Program-made: the position numbers and the translations under genes
NCBI GenBank assembly: GCA_002633005.1
Contig: NMRA01000009.1
Span: 977,169 to 1,041,168, forward strand
Length of the DNA stretch: 64,000 bases
Source: Phoronis australis
Taxonomy: Eukaryota > Animalia > Phoronida
Direction of reading: 5' to 3'
Shown here: piece by piece, positions 27,701 through 42,700 of the stretch
Position numbering within the stretch: the stretch's first letter is position 1
Layout: each line of letters begins with the position of its first letter
The notes under the pieces: model-generated
What the model was told of the DNA's origin: nothing
Databases searched by the model: none
The model's input: the letters and a program-made list of their open reading frames with translations, nothing else

Positions 27701-30700
27701 TTATACACAACTGTTTGCCAGGTGGAGGAGGTATCAGGAGAGAAACTCTCTAGGTTAGAAGATGACGTCAAAAGATTGCAGGCTAAAGTAATGCTACATT
27801 CTCTATGTTTTGTCTTTATTGTTACTGTCAATACAAAGACCAGTCAATCTAGTGGGCTTTACTAAAGGTGGTGAAATCATTATACGTTGTCTAGAAAAGT
27901 ACTAAAACAATGTCAAACAGAGCTTGGGACTGGTTTTTCATAATGAGTCTAAGGTATATTCAGTCAAAATCTATGTTCCAAATTCCACAAATCTGACCCA
28001 AATGTCACTTAAAGTTTACCTGAGTTCATTCTACGCTTCCTGAAATTTGGCTTTCTGGGGTGTTACACGAAGTCATTGGCTTCACCATGAACCAGGTCAT
28101 ACTTCTGTTTTATCTAATGATGCTTTTCTATTATAAGTGAAATGTTGACCATGAACTTGTTTAATCTGCACTCATAAGTGAAATGGTGACCACAAACGTG
28201 TTTATATCTGCTCTCATGAGTATGATAGGAACAATATTGTCGCTTCATTGGACATCACAATTGACAACGGCCAAGCTTAGATATCCAAAATTTAAACCAA
28301 AAACACGACCATCATGTTTTTTTTATTTATATAAATGTATATAGAAGTTATGTGCGTCAGTATGTAGTCTGTTCAATACTGCTGATTGCAGGTTCCATAT
28401 ATGTGCGTCAGTATGTAGTCTGTTCAATACTGATGATTACAGGTTCAGACCATGCTGAAACACTGGAAGAAGGATACGGAGGCAGGTCCCTCCAGACAGA
28501 AGGGTGCTTCTCGTACAACTCAAGTAATGGTCATTGTTGACTCTTGTTGTCTGTCTTTACTTTAGGCTCTCGTCACTGTCTTGCCCTTCTTCATTATAGG
28601 TCTATTTCAACTATTATTTATATTGCTGTGCTGTTATTTGTATTCTTTTTGGTCTTGGATATTGGATTGTTAACTGAGTCTTATGAGTGAAAAAATTTCC
28701 GCTCACATCTCTCCCTGCTGCTATTGTTTGTATGCTTGTATAGTTAACCCTTTTACAAAACTTAATTTTAAATATTGATTATCGTTTTAATTGGAGGCTG
28801 TTGTGTGTAAAAGTTTATGTAAACTTTATGTATAGCAGACATGTAGTACGGCATAGGTAGTTATCTTAATGTTACATAGTGGTAGAAAGTTGTCAAAAAC
28901 CTTCACTTACTTTGTTATTTATAGCGGATCTCACAAGTTTTATCTATTCTGTCTTCCACACATATGCAGTAGTAGGTCTCTGATGTTAGATTTTGTCGTG
29001 GAAAATTTTCAGAGCTCAGAACAGTTTAACGAAGCCATGGATGCGATAGAGCGGTTGAAGTCAGATGTAGAGCGAATGAAAAATCAGCAGAGAGAACATT
29101 CACGTGGAGGTCGAAAGTCGAGTCATTTGGATGAGATGGTGACATCTCTTGAGCAATTGAAATCAGACGTAGAAGATCTCAAGAGAAAGTCGGAGAAAAC
29201 ACCACAAAAGTCTAGTTCAGGGCTCGGAGACATCAAACAGGCAATCACTCATTGTGTTGTGGTTTCATATAGAAGTGACATTGATTTCATGGGATGGATA
29301 TTATGAAAGATATTGTGTTCATTTCAGATTAGACTTCAACTGTTGGTGGAGTTTTATAGATGTGATTATAAAGTTTTTGCTCAAGTTTCAGATTCCAGAG
29401 TGACGTGCTGTGGGTGTGGTCTTTTTTAGTAATGCCTGTCTGTGTTGCATGATCATTTTGTTTTTATTTTTAGTGGTGCATTTGTGTCATCAGATGTGTG
29501 CAAACTTGAGGTTGCTCTGTCTGGAAAAAAATTGTGAAATATCAAAATTTAAGGATTTTCCCCATTTCTGTGCCACTCTGACGACAGAGTTTTGCATTGA
29601 GTGGTCAACATGTTGTCTTTGGTCATTTATATTTCTTTTGTAGACTTCAAACTGAGGTTTGTGTGTTTACGATAAGTGTTTCAACATTCATACAGTGAAA
29701 GTCACCCAAACTTGTAGGGCACAATTCACTCAGATGTTTGCTTACATCCTGTTGTAATTGTTCCAATTCTAACTTGTACTTTGCCAGTTTCATTACTTGA
29801 TGACAAGCTCTCTGTCCTTTTTGTTCCAACATCTTGTGTGAGTTTTACTGTAGGCCTAATTACATGTCATTCATCTTAGACTAATGTCGACCCAGTTTTG
29901 TTATTTTTTCATTTTGTACATGTGGCTTACTTTTAGCTGTTGTTTTCAGTTAAAGGCAGACGTCAAAACCATGATTGAGGAGACTTTACAGGGTCAAGGC
30001 CAAGAAATGAAGGAGCTGCAAGACCAACTGAAGGAGATGTCGGAGAAGATAACTGAAGTCGAAGAACAATTCAAGGCCAAAATGAACAATGTAAGTTTTA
30101 TAAGTTAATTAAATTTAAAGATGTTTAAAGCCATTATTGACGATAAAAATTGAATAAAGCATGATTGTAATAAAAAACTTAAGGTTTTGAGCATAGCTTT
30201 TTTTCACAAAGGATGTGACCAATACCACCCATATGCAACTATCAAACCTTACTTTCCACCCTACCCAGCAGTTGGTCACACCTTAAGATTAGCAGCAATG
30301 CTCGACACATTGCGTTTTTAATTACAGTTTTATGTTGCCGTTCATCTTGTCATATTTTATATATTATATATTTTTATATATTTTATAACGGGCATCAAAC
30401 TGGTTCTCAAAATACAAGCACATTATATCCGACTATTTCTGATTTTTATTCAACATTAATTTTTAGTGGTGTCTTGTTTCTTAAACAAGTAAAGTAAAAC
30501 TTTCTTTATTCCTTTCTTTGGATATTTTGTAGTCTAGAGTTTAACTGAATATGTCTTGATTTTTTGAAATTATCATTAGATGGTATTCTGTAACCAAGTT
30601 GTTTTGTTTCATTCCAACATGCTTGCTAACAGTACATTTCAAAGCATTGATGAACCTCTTCACTTTGATGCAGCTCTAGATTGAGTTCACCATGATTATT

Positions 30701-33700
30701 GCATAGTTCAACACTCCACCGTAAACACAAGCACACACCCACGCTCGCACACTCACACAGCGTAAAACATACAGTCACGTGACAGATGTAGCAAGAGACA
30801 AATGGAAAGCTTTGCCAGTTAACAGTCAGAGTGGGCCAAATCAAAAGTTAGCTTCTTGGACGGAACACAGGTTTATAGTTGCTTTAAGTAACAAGGTCTT
30901 CTTTTTATTTTTTCTTGAAAGCTTGTTTTTAGTTTTTTTGTATTGACCAGAGTTTTTTTGTAGTGCAAACTTTATTTTTCACTTCTGTTACTGTCAAGGA
31001 CAAGGAATATAAGAAGGTTAGTGTAAATTTGTGGAGTGCCATTGATTTTGATTATAACAATCCTGTGTCAAATTTGATTAATGTTCTCAATTCTGCTAGA
31101 AGAAATTGACGTTCACTAAGAAAACCATGTTTCAAAAAAGAGAAGTGTTATCCCAAAAATAGGACATTTATTAACTGAATGCTATTTCCGTCCAAAAGAC
31201 TGTCATTGGTGTGGCTTTTTTGATATTATTGAGGTTTCAAAATAATGCATAAAGGTGTTGCCAGGGTGTACAGTGTCATCTGCTTCAAAGAGTTCAGTTG
31301 TTGCCCTGTATTTGAGTTGACAGGTTTTGTTGTAAGTCTGGAAACCAGTCTCAGTTCATGTTTAATGATAAATTATTGTCAGAGGTCTTGGGAAAGTCTT
31401 AATTTTCCAGATTTAAATGTACAGTGGAGAAAATGCTTGTTTTGCATTTCCTCACAGATGCTTGAAAATTCCATTCAGGGCGACTTATTTGTTAATAAGT
31501 TAAATGTTCAGAAAAAAACTTTTTTTTATACTCTGCTCAGCAGCCACTTGAAACCATTGTCGGTTCCTTGCAATGCTACATTTACAATATGTGGCCAGAT
31601 GTGATACAAAAATAAAGTTAACTTTTTTTTTGAAAACTTCTTGATATCAAATGAATTATTTCTGAACTCTTAACTGTAATCTTAACTCGGCTAACAGAGC
31701 TAGAAGCATTGACAAATAATCTTCATAAGCCAGAAGAATGCTTTTGATATCTATTGGGCAAAATGTTTTAAAAGGATTTAGCATTCCTATTTTGCATCAA
31801 ACACATCGGAATGACAATGTCTTGTCACTATTCTCCTATTTCATAAAACTCTCAGTTTTCTTTCTCGTTTGTGTTAATTTTTAGATAATATATTCCGTCT
31901 TTTTATAGTAAATTCAATCTGTCTATATTCATGACAACGGATAAAACCTGACTTTCCACAACCCAAATCTTTTTTCATTCTCAATACAATTAGATAACGT
32001 ACCATTAATGAGTGTGTTGAACTTCAGTTATGGAGTTTTCGTATTTCTTCATCATTTTGTCGTTTTGAAGATGTGACTTACATATTTGATGTCATCCCAG
32101 TCTTTGAATGTCCTTTTGCAGAATACTGCAGCTTCAAACAAAGTGCTTCAAGCTAAACTAGACTCACTGACTGAGTGGCAAGCAACAGTGAAGAAAACCA
32201 TGAAAGAATTACAAGCCAGTGTGACACAGATACCTGAAGATGTAAGTCTACACTTGACAGTGTCTGACTATTGTGACATTTAATTACTAGAACACTAACA
32301 TGTATTGTTCTGGGTGAAAGTAAGCGAGTGTATCCAAACTGCCCTCTTGGGGCATAATGCATACCTGTTCTTGTTGTCACCATTTGATAAATTATTGATT
32401 TTAACCGAGGTGCCAGGTGGCTCATGACATGTGTCACAGTAAACAATGAAGGGAAGGACCAGTTTCAATGTGGTATAATCATGTGCTTTTGTTGTGCTCT
32501 AGATTAATATGGAGGTGTTTCTGCATGTCAACAGTAATGAGTCGTGGCTGATATTTTTGTGTCATATTTTATAAATAATTATTTAAGTTGTGTATTTAAA
32601 GTGCTGAGCCTGAGTTTAAGTGAATAAGGTACAATTCAAATTATAATACAACGTTCTTGTATTTTCTTATAATAATCATGGAACGGGTTTTTCCACGGAA
32701 CTGGATTATTTTTTTCACTCGTATTGGTAGAGATTACAAGGACACACTTCTTTGGGACTTTTGTACCCGGATCAAAGAGAATAATCCATTCTGATATACA
32801 AAATACAGTCTCCTTATTCACCAACTTGTGGTCCAGCTACTTATAGGACTGCATTTAGAACACTGCAGTACATGGTATTATCAATTTCATATTATCAATT
32901 TCATATTATCAATTTCATATTATTGTAATAAAAACGCTAATTTAGTTCTGTTTGTCAATTTTCAATCAACTTGGTCCTATCGACTTTTGGTCTCACAAAA
33001 TAATTTCATTTAAGTGGGGAGTCAAGTATCAGGTGAATTTTATGAGACACAATTGAATAATTACGCTAGGTCAGTAGCCTCTTTGTGATGTTTATAACAT
33101 TGTATTGCATGACCCAAGGTGGGAGAGTCATCACGCGTAAGTCAACCTTATCGTCATTGTATTACATGACCCAAGGTGGTAGAGTCATCACGCGTAAGTC
33201 AACCTTATCGTCATTGTATTACATGACCCAAGGTGGTAGAGTCATCACGCGTAAGTCAACCTTATCGTCATTGTATTACATGACCCAAGGTGGGAGAGTC
33301 ATCACGCGTAAGTCAACCTTATCATCATTGAGGGGTTGTCCACACATATTTAATATTTTCATCATTTAAGTAAATGGAACCCAGTATACATAGTCTCACC
33401 ACACATATTGATGGTCAGAAATGATCAATTTATTGTAAGCACTTGACCGTGTCTCATGAAATCAGCCTGATACTTTCAGTCTATGAGAAAAGAACACAAG
33501 TGATATGTTTCATTTTGACACATTTAGATTTATGCGGTTGAGGAGAAGTTCGAGGTGACCAAGTCTGACATGAGCATCAAGATCAGTGAAGAGAAAGAAG
33601 AGCGGTAAGTGAACTTAACTTGATCATTGTGTGTCTGTATTTAGGATTGTTATGCATTTTGAACTGTCAATTCAAGGTGATATATAATTTCCATGTTTAT

Positions 33701-36700
33701 TTTACTCCGCTATTTTTATATCATTGGAATTCTAATCATCGTTTGGTGCTTTTGAGTTTGTTCTAATGTCTTAATTATGTAAGAATGTTGTCCTATACAT
33801 TATCTGACAATTGAGAACAAACATGTATAACATGTTGTGTCCTATTGGTATTGGTTACATGTTGTGTCCTATTGGTAATGGTTACGTGTTGTGTCCTATT
33901 GGTATTGGTTACGTGTTGTGTCCTATTGGTAATGGTTACATGTTGTGTCAAATTGGTAATGGTTGTGTCCTATTGGTTATGTTCTATTGGTTGTGCCCTG
34001 TTGGTTGTGTCCTATTGGTTGTGTCCTGTTGATTGTGTCCTATTGGTTGTGTCCTATTGGTGATGCTTTCTGGTCACCCAAGACTTTTATTTAAAGCCCA
34101 TTACTGTCACCCATGCAGTACGTCCTCTGTTGACTGCATGCTTCTTCAGACTTACCCATTACATACAGTTAACACAATTTATCAGATTTGTTTGTCAGTC
34201 GTCTTAATTTGCCTGCAGCGAGCGAGAGTTTGAGAATCTAAAGAAAGAAGTATCGCGACTGATCATGCAAGCACAAGCACAGCAACCTGTAAAGCAGGGC
34301 AAAGGAGCACCAGCCACAGTGACAGACATGGATAATGTAAGTATAAGCAGCTTGGTTAGATACTGGTTGTGCTATGGTTTATGCATTTGGTGTAGAGTAC
34401 TTAAATTGTCCTTCCACCTGCAAATACTACTGGTTGATTGCCTAAGTGCCTCTTACACTGTCCGGCAATGCCCACATCCTGGTTTGAACTCTCCAAGAAA
34501 AGCTCATTTAGTTTTCAAAAGCTAGTTTTACGAAGTTTTCTTCTACAATGATTAACTGTCAGTTCAAGAAATCATTTTCTCACATGACCTGGAATGTGTT
34601 ATGACACGACTGGTTAATAACACCGAGTACGTAATTTTTTTGATATTACATGGGCAAATCACAAAGTAGTGCAAAGTAGAAATCCATACGCCTTACATGT
34701 TATCGTCTGCAAAACACTAAAATAACCAAACGCACGCCAACCAAGTAATGCCGGAATTCCGTGAAGGTGACAAGGTTATGATTGACAAATCGGGTGTCAC
34801 AACTGTACGTACTCCAAGTCAGAAGAACATGCAAACAACTTCTTTAACGGACCCATCTTCGATGACGAATTTCATATCCATGTTCATTCAAAAGGAGATG
34901 AGCCCCAACTCGAGAAACGCGGCGAGACTGTCTAGCTGTGTCATCTCAAGGTCAACGCAATGCTCGCGTGCGGGGAAGCCTTGCTGGCTGTTATTTGTAA
35001 ACATTTGTTAAAGTTTTAATATTACAACTTCGAAGACTATTTATTAGATTCTACCTTGAATATTTGCTACAAAAGCTGAGTACAATTTTCAATTGTTAAG
35101 CTTAAAATAAAACTATTAACAAAAAGTAACTGAAGTACTTTACATTGCGCAAGCGTGTTTTACAAAAGTCATGTGGTTGAAAGTTTTAGACACGTCGAGT
35201 TTTTCGGCAAAAAAAGATTGTTTTTACGGTTCATATAAGAAAACAAAGCCTCGGAATTTTGACAAAATTTACAACAGGTTTTCCTCATGTCATAAATCTG
35301 AGACTCGTGTAGCATTCTCTATTTCTAATCCAAATAAGAAGCAATATGAAACCGATTTTGTAAAGTGAAATAAAGTGGGTTTAAGCAAAGGATGGTTTTT
35401 GACAGAAGGGGCCAGTTTACTGTACCTTTCTTTTATAGTCTTTATTGGTTTCAATACAACTTGGCTACCAGTGTTGTTTTACCAGCTGTCATTGTTGTGA
35501 GCTTTCCTTGCTGTTCTACTATGTATACATGATAATGTTAAAACAGGACGCTGTGAAAGACCTTCAGATGAAGCAGCAACGTGATGTCGAGCAGGTCTGT
35601 CCAACTTCACTATCATTATTGGTTGTCACCTACTATTGCTTTTCACTCAAAGTTATTCCGCGTGGTTCATTGTGTGTCTGCTATAAACACTGGAATATTA
35701 GTTAATGTCAATGTTTTAAAGCACGTCAAGCGTGGTTTGGTGCATTCATTGACTTTTTATCTGAACCATTTTGATTTGTGTTTTACTAGCAGAATAGTCT
35801 GTTACTGATTGTTGTTTGTTTTTCATTTGCTAAAATAAGTAGTTTTAATGTTATTGTAGCTTTGTGTAGTTTAGGAGACAGAATGTTGATGCTATATACT
35901 TAGGAGACAGAATGTTGATGCTATATACTAAAGAAGTTGCATTCATCAAGAACTGTCTTGTGTCAACTGACTAATGTCCAGATAATGTAGCGTGGTTATC
36001 ACACAGCATGTTTATGTGCTTGATGGATTTTGCAAACTAAAGTGTGCCAGCTATAGGTTTCATGGTGTGAAGCATTTTGAGAAGTGCTGTCTGTGCACTT
36101 GAAATTTTAATTTTATTTAGATTTTATGTCACAAATATTATGTATGATAACAAAATCCACTGCTTTGAACATTTTGGCCTGTGCTTAAGTTGTTTTAGAA
36201 TGACCATGCGGCATCTGTATTCATCTTTTCATTAATTCATCAGTTGACTTTTGTTGTTATGTTTAGTGTTTTGGGTCGCCTTCTATTTTACAAGTAGTGT
36301 TGAATTCATGTTCTATTTACCCTTCATTTGTACTACGTAACATTTTGCTCTTTACTGACACTATGTGATATTCATTGACACTATGTGATATTGACACTGT
36401 GATATTCATTGACACTATGTGATATTCATTGACACTATGTGATATTGACGCTATGTGATATTCATTGACGCTATGTAATATTGACACTATGTGATAGTGA
36501 CACTATGTTATATTGACACTATGTGATATTGACACTATGTGATAGTTACACTATCTGATATTGACACTATGTGATATTCATTGACACTATGTGATATTCA
36601 TTGACACTATGGGATATTGACACTTATGTGATATTCGACTTTCAGCTGCGTTACCCCATGCTTCCCTTCTTTCACTGTTTGTGATGTTTGACATTCATTT

Positions 36701-39700
36701 TCATTACATAATGCTTGTGTTTCATTCACATTATGTGATGAGTGGCACTCATTTACATCATGTTAACCATCCATTCATTTTCAGTGATATTTTCTCCGTC
36801 ATTCGCATTACTTTTTTCCCCTCCATTCATATCATGTGATGTTTGACCTTCGTTCACAATATAATTTTATATGATGTTACTTCAATATAAGTTATGCGAT
36901 GTTTGACCTTCACTGCAATACATTTGATGTGTGACAGGAACACCGTTCATTGATAGTGTCGTGGGTTAAGCCGAGTCGTCAGTCAAGACTATGTTCAGTT
37001 CCAGAAGCTAGAGTGGTCTATTATATTTTAAAGGGGTGTACGTTGGTTAATTCCCTTATTTGGTACTTCCGATGAAGAAATTTTTTGTCGTATTTTGATT
37101 GGTTTTTATATTTAACTCGAGACCCCTATTTTAGCGCAATTTGGTACATTTGTAGTGCAAATTCACCCTATGGAAATGGGACCCTCATGCTCAAACTTGG
37201 GATTCTACCGGGTCTCGTTACTATCCAGTTAGAGTCTCAACTTTTTAACTCTATCGGGTAACTTTTTAACTCTATGGGGTCTTGTTACTTTACGGTTAGA
37301 GTCTCAACTTCTCATCTTTTTAGCTTTTACTTTAGCTTACAAATTTTTCGTTTACTTGACTTTGGGTACTGACTTAGGCGATTTGGGAGCCGATCCAAAC
37401 TAAGTTAGGGTACAATGTGAGGGCACAATGTGAGGGTACAATGTGAGGGCACAATGTGAGGGCACAATGTGAGGGTACAAAGTGAGGGCACAATGTGAGG
37501 GCACAATGTGAGGGCACAAAGTGAGGGCACAATGTGAGGGTACAATGACAATGGAAGCTAATGATTTGTTGTAAGTTTGTAGATTTGTATTTTATATTTA
37601 GCGCATATAAACTCATTATATATGTCTTCTTCTCTCGTGTTTCTCTCTCTATAAGTTGTCACCATGGTTCTCTCGTATGCGATTTGAACGAGTGAAAAAG
37701 TACACAACGCTGCAAATATTTTTATCGGCTACAAAGAATCGACATTTTAGATTATAAGTAGATCGGTGCTGGTCGCTGCACTGATTCCCGTTACAGATGT
37801 TTGACCTTGGTGCATGATACATTTGATGTTTGACTGGCTCACATACATGTTCCTGACCTTCGTTCACGTGGTGCGCTGTTCACACTGTGTGTTTATTACA
37901 TGATGTTTGTCTTACTCCAGGTACATGCCAGTATTCGTAAGCTCGCAGAGTCCATCCAAACAGTGAAGACAGTGCTAGGGATGAAGATCCAGTCAGAGTC
38001 TAAAGCAGTAAGTGTCCGTACTCAGCTAATCTATGCTCTTATATTCAATCTTTGCCTTCTGGTANNNNNNNNNNNNNNNNNNNNNNNNNNNNNNNNNNNN
38101 NNNNNNNNNNNNNNNNNNNNNNNNNNNNNNNGTGAGGGCACAATGTGAGGGTACAATGACAATGGAAGCTAATGATGTGTTGTAAGTTTGTAGATTTGTA
38201 TTTTATATTTAGCGCATATAAACTCATTATATATGTCTTCTTCTCTCGTGTTTCTCTCTCTATAAGTTGTCACCATGGTTCTCTGGTATGTGTTTTGAAC
38301 GAGTGAAAAAGTACACAACGCTGCAAATATTTTTATCGGCTACAAAGAATCGACATATTAGATTATAAGTAGATCGGTGCTGGTCGCTGCACTGATTCCC
38401 GTTACAGAGGTTTGACCTTGGTGCATGATACATTTGATGTTTGACTGGCTCACATACATGTTCCTGACCTTCGTTCACATGGTGCGCTGTTCACACTGTG
38501 TGTTTATTACGTGATGTTTGTCTTACTCCAGGTACATGCCAGTATTCGTAAGCTCGCAGAGTCCATCCAAACAGTGAAGACAGTGCTAGGGATGAAGATC
38601 CAGTCAGAGTCTAAAGCAGTAAGTGTCCGTACTCAGCTAATCTATGCTCTTATATTCAATCTTTGCCTTCTGGTATATCCCGTGGAACTTCCCTACTTGT
38701 TTTGTGCTTTTCCCTTATCTCACCATTCATTTTGATCTCTGTATCCTTCCAACCTTTTTCCTTTCACAATACATGCATGTCTCGCTGGCAATTTAACAGC
38801 AAAGGGCTTGAGACACAGCTAATAGATTGCAATTACAGATAAAAAGGACTGAACACAGGTGACACGCTTTTTACCCGCATCTCAGCCGATGTAGCTCAAA
38901 TATTGCTATCTGTAAGCGCTTCACTTGTCATCCTTGCTTATCTCCTCAAGCCTGCTGCATATAATTTTCGTGATATTTCATTTTTTTTTTTCTGATTGGC
39001 TTTGCTGGCGCAATTTGCACGTGTGCAGCCAACTATCTTGTTTCCTAACCTAAGCTATTTTAGTTGACTTTCAATGATTTACTCTTTATTTCCAACTCCG
39101 TTGTAGCGAGGCGCAGACATACAGACTCTTAATTCTCGTATGTCAGAACTACGGATGTTCCTTACATTATCTGGCCTGCAGCGCACTGCGTCACCAGATC
39201 CAGTGGAGGGGTGGAACCCATCCTACCAGCCGTCACCTCTGGTGCCAGCTAAGATCAGTGAACCATTGGTTGCATCCAACAATAACCATTCTCCTGAAAA
39301 AGACAAACTTGATGGCAAATCATTGTTGGCTGATGAGGATGTTAAAGAAGAGGAGAAAAGTCCTGCTGAGAAAAATAAGCCCAGGAAGAAAAGTCCCGAC
39401 TTCAGAGAAACTCCTGTCTCTTATAGTGATCCGCAGACAACTCCTAATAGCAAAAAGAATCAAAGAGAACCAGGGGAGACCACTCCAACGAATGGCATTA
39501 ATCAGAGGGAAGCTGTACTTAAGGCAACAACTCCTACAGTAGACAAGGAGGATGCAGATGCTGTCAGAGCAAAAGGTGAGCAGCATCCTAGTGGTGATGG
39601 CAATGATGAGGATGACCTACCAAGTGATAATAATGTAGATGATGATAAAAAAGCACAAAGTGACAATGTTGATGAAGAAAAAGCACCAAGTGACAAAACA

Positions 39701-42700
39701 GGAAACAACAAGAATAAAGAAGCCGGTGAACCCGAAAGCAAGGATGATAAAACAAACCCGGGTGATGACAATGACGATGAAGACCATGACAGTTCAACTA
39801 AGAAATCAAAGGGCTCTGCTGCAAAAGATGCCAACCAGCAACAGTAGACAAGATGAGTGTAAGGCTGCACTGTGGACTAGGGGTCACTCTAACCAGTCAA
39901 TTCACTAGTAGATCATTTGTTGTTTTCAGGTTGTGTACTAACCACACATGCACTCACCACTCGCAGCTCAGTCTTGTCCGTTTGTGTTGAAGATTGTGTT
40001 TTGATTACCAATGACCCTTTTTGATAATTAAATTAACCACTGTCAAGCATGCAGTTGTTTCTTGTCCAGAGTTTTGTGCTCACAGCTTGTTGCTTCACCC
40101 ATTTCACCTCACTTTACACCTATTTATCAAGCTTAGGAGTTTTATGGTTGTTACTGTCTCTGTTTTATTAGTGTATGTGTTTGAATTTACTGAGTGGTGA
40201 TGAGTTTGGATTAACTGACTGGTGATGAGTTTGGATTAACTGACTGGTGTTGAGTTTGGATTTACTGAGTTGTAATGAATTTGGATATACTGAGTGGTTA
40301 TGAGTTTGTGTTTACTGAGTGGTGATGAGTTTGGATTTACTGAGTGGTGATGAGTTTGGATTTTTCCTTTGCTTGTTTGGCTAATAGTTTAAGAAGATTT
40401 TGTTATTAATTTTGGTGCTTTATTTCACACACTTAATGGCTTTAAATTATTTTTGTTGTGTTTCGTTTCATGTAGGTTTTTTGTATCATTTATTAACCAC
40501 ATACTGATTGTTATGCTAACTTATTCATTTTAATTGGTACATCCACATACTTCCAATATATCTTTCTTGAATTAGTAATGGTTTCTCCAGCTTTAGAATG
40601 TGATATTTGTCCTCTTCTGCTCTGCACCACTGTTTGTAATAATATTGCAATTTCAGAGAGAAGATGGGTTAGAAAAATTGTCGGAAGAATTAGAGCTCCT
40701 GCGACAACGTTTAGAACCACTACTCAATGCTAGACCACTACCGAAACTTTTCATTAAAACCAAAGAAGACTTAGAGGACCCAGAGAAGGCTGAGAAGGAA
40801 GCCTTAGATATCAACAGGTGGAACTTGGCCAATGCTTACAGGTGAGAGCTCTGTTGTCATGGCTTCTATTGAGTCGTTGCTTTGCAACATTTGTGTGCTG
40901 TTGTAGTAACTGTTGCTTTGATGTCTAGTGTTGCATCATGGGAAATAACATTAAAGATCTGGTGTCGTGCCTGTATTCTGGTCTTGAAAATGTCGAGAAC
41001 CTTACTGAACCTCTATTCTATTTTCTTGTGGTGTTTTTGTTTATTTAATACAAGGCATTTTGCTTATTCTTTTTTATTTAACTTGAATTTTATTTTTAAC
41101 TTACAATTTCCTGATTTCCTCACTTTACTACAGTAGTACTATTATGAGTTTCGTATTTGTTATGTATGTGTGTTTTTCAGTTGGTTGTTCATGAAATCCA
41201 AATGGGACTACATCCGCTGGAAGGTGTCAACACGGCGTAAAGATGGTGCTGACCGCACCCTGTCCGTCACCCCTGTTCCCCACCCCCTAGGACGTTCACC
41301 TACCCCATCAAATTCAGAGCCACCTCCCGTGGACTCAGCTGGTGAGCCCTCCAATCGAGATCAGCCTAGGTCGGACAGCAGTACTAAAAATAGTTCAGAC
41401 AAACCAACCACAGGGGGTGCTAAAGGTCACGACAAATCTACACCAGAGTGGTAGGGAGACTAGTGGCCAGCTGAAGGGACATCTGGACATTATATTGTTA
41501 TCAGTGTATCTCATCCAACACTTTCTTCTAAGATTCACAATACCTCATTGTCTTTCTGATGCAAATTATTTTATACTATGTGGGAAACACATGGCTGTAG
41601 ATAATGAAGTCATTCACTTTACAGTTAGCTATGAGGTCTGTGTTGATGACTAATACTATTGCCATGTCTTGGTGTTTTTATCAAGCCAAACTTGATAAAG
41701 AGTTATCAAGAGGTCTTCTTGCCTGGCCTGCAGGACTATCTCTCTAATTAGTACTGCTGTTATCACTACACACACAAGAATAACACCACCTCCGTACACC
41801 CTTCTCAGCCTACTATTGCTCTACATATTTCATATGCAATGTGCCATCCAAGGACAGTTTCACCTTTCTGTGAGTCCTCTTTTTTGTTTCTTCTAAGATT
41901 TCTTTGGAATGTTTTATTATGTCTTATTTATAATACCTGTGCCCATCTGTAGGACATTTAATGTTATCAATCCCACGGTAGTTTTAAATTATCTTTAATC
42001 TTGTGCGTAAGTCTTAACTGCATTAAAGTATAAATAATTCACTGAACCCAACTAAGTTGCAAAACAGTTATCGTCATTTCACATACATTTTGAGATTTTC
42101 TTGTGAAAATGAGTTTATTTCATGTTATCAAACTCTGGTATTATTTTTATTTTGTCCAATAGTGAGTATTAAACTTCTGTGAAGGACTTCATTATTCATG
42201 CCCTGTCAAGCTCTGTGTTGTTTTACTTTTATTTGTATTTATTATTGTTGCTTTGTAAATAAAAGCTGGACATAGTTTGTATGTAGCCATTCTGCATCCT
42301 TTAAATTCACCTTTTGTCAAAGAAAGTAACTTGCTTTAGATCACTCCCCACTTCAGAACTCAGCTTCTTCAGAATTTGGTTTCTAGACTTGGCAAAAAAT
42401 TCACAGCGTATTATTACTTGACATCATATTCTGTGCATAAAATGACCAGGCGAGATGGTCCAAATGTAGAATCTAATCCCAATCAATGACAAACTGCCAT
42501 TTTTTTCGATTGGAAAAATACATTTTTTATTTGTTTTTATTGGAGTGGAAAAATCACGTTTAATGTGACTGAGAACAAATTAATAACAATCAGTGAGCTA
42601 AATCAAAAGTTGATTTTTGACAGAAGGCGAGTTTATCAATGTATTAATATTTAAAAGTACCTGTTACACTGAATTAGGTGCATTTTCCTTCTGAATCTAC

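Noticed and set aside
30792-30850. Possible extra CCDC154 cassette exon
   Set aside because: Weak acceptor and no phase-compatible donor; 30090 joins 32122 cleanly.
33098-33330. CRISPR-like regular repeats
   Set aside because: Head-to-tail tandem units with no unique spacers, in eukaryotic DNA with no cas genes.
37921-38007. Tandem duplicated exon as a mutually exclusive pair
   Set aside because: Identical to 38532-38618 and flanks an N gap, so probably an assembly duplicate.
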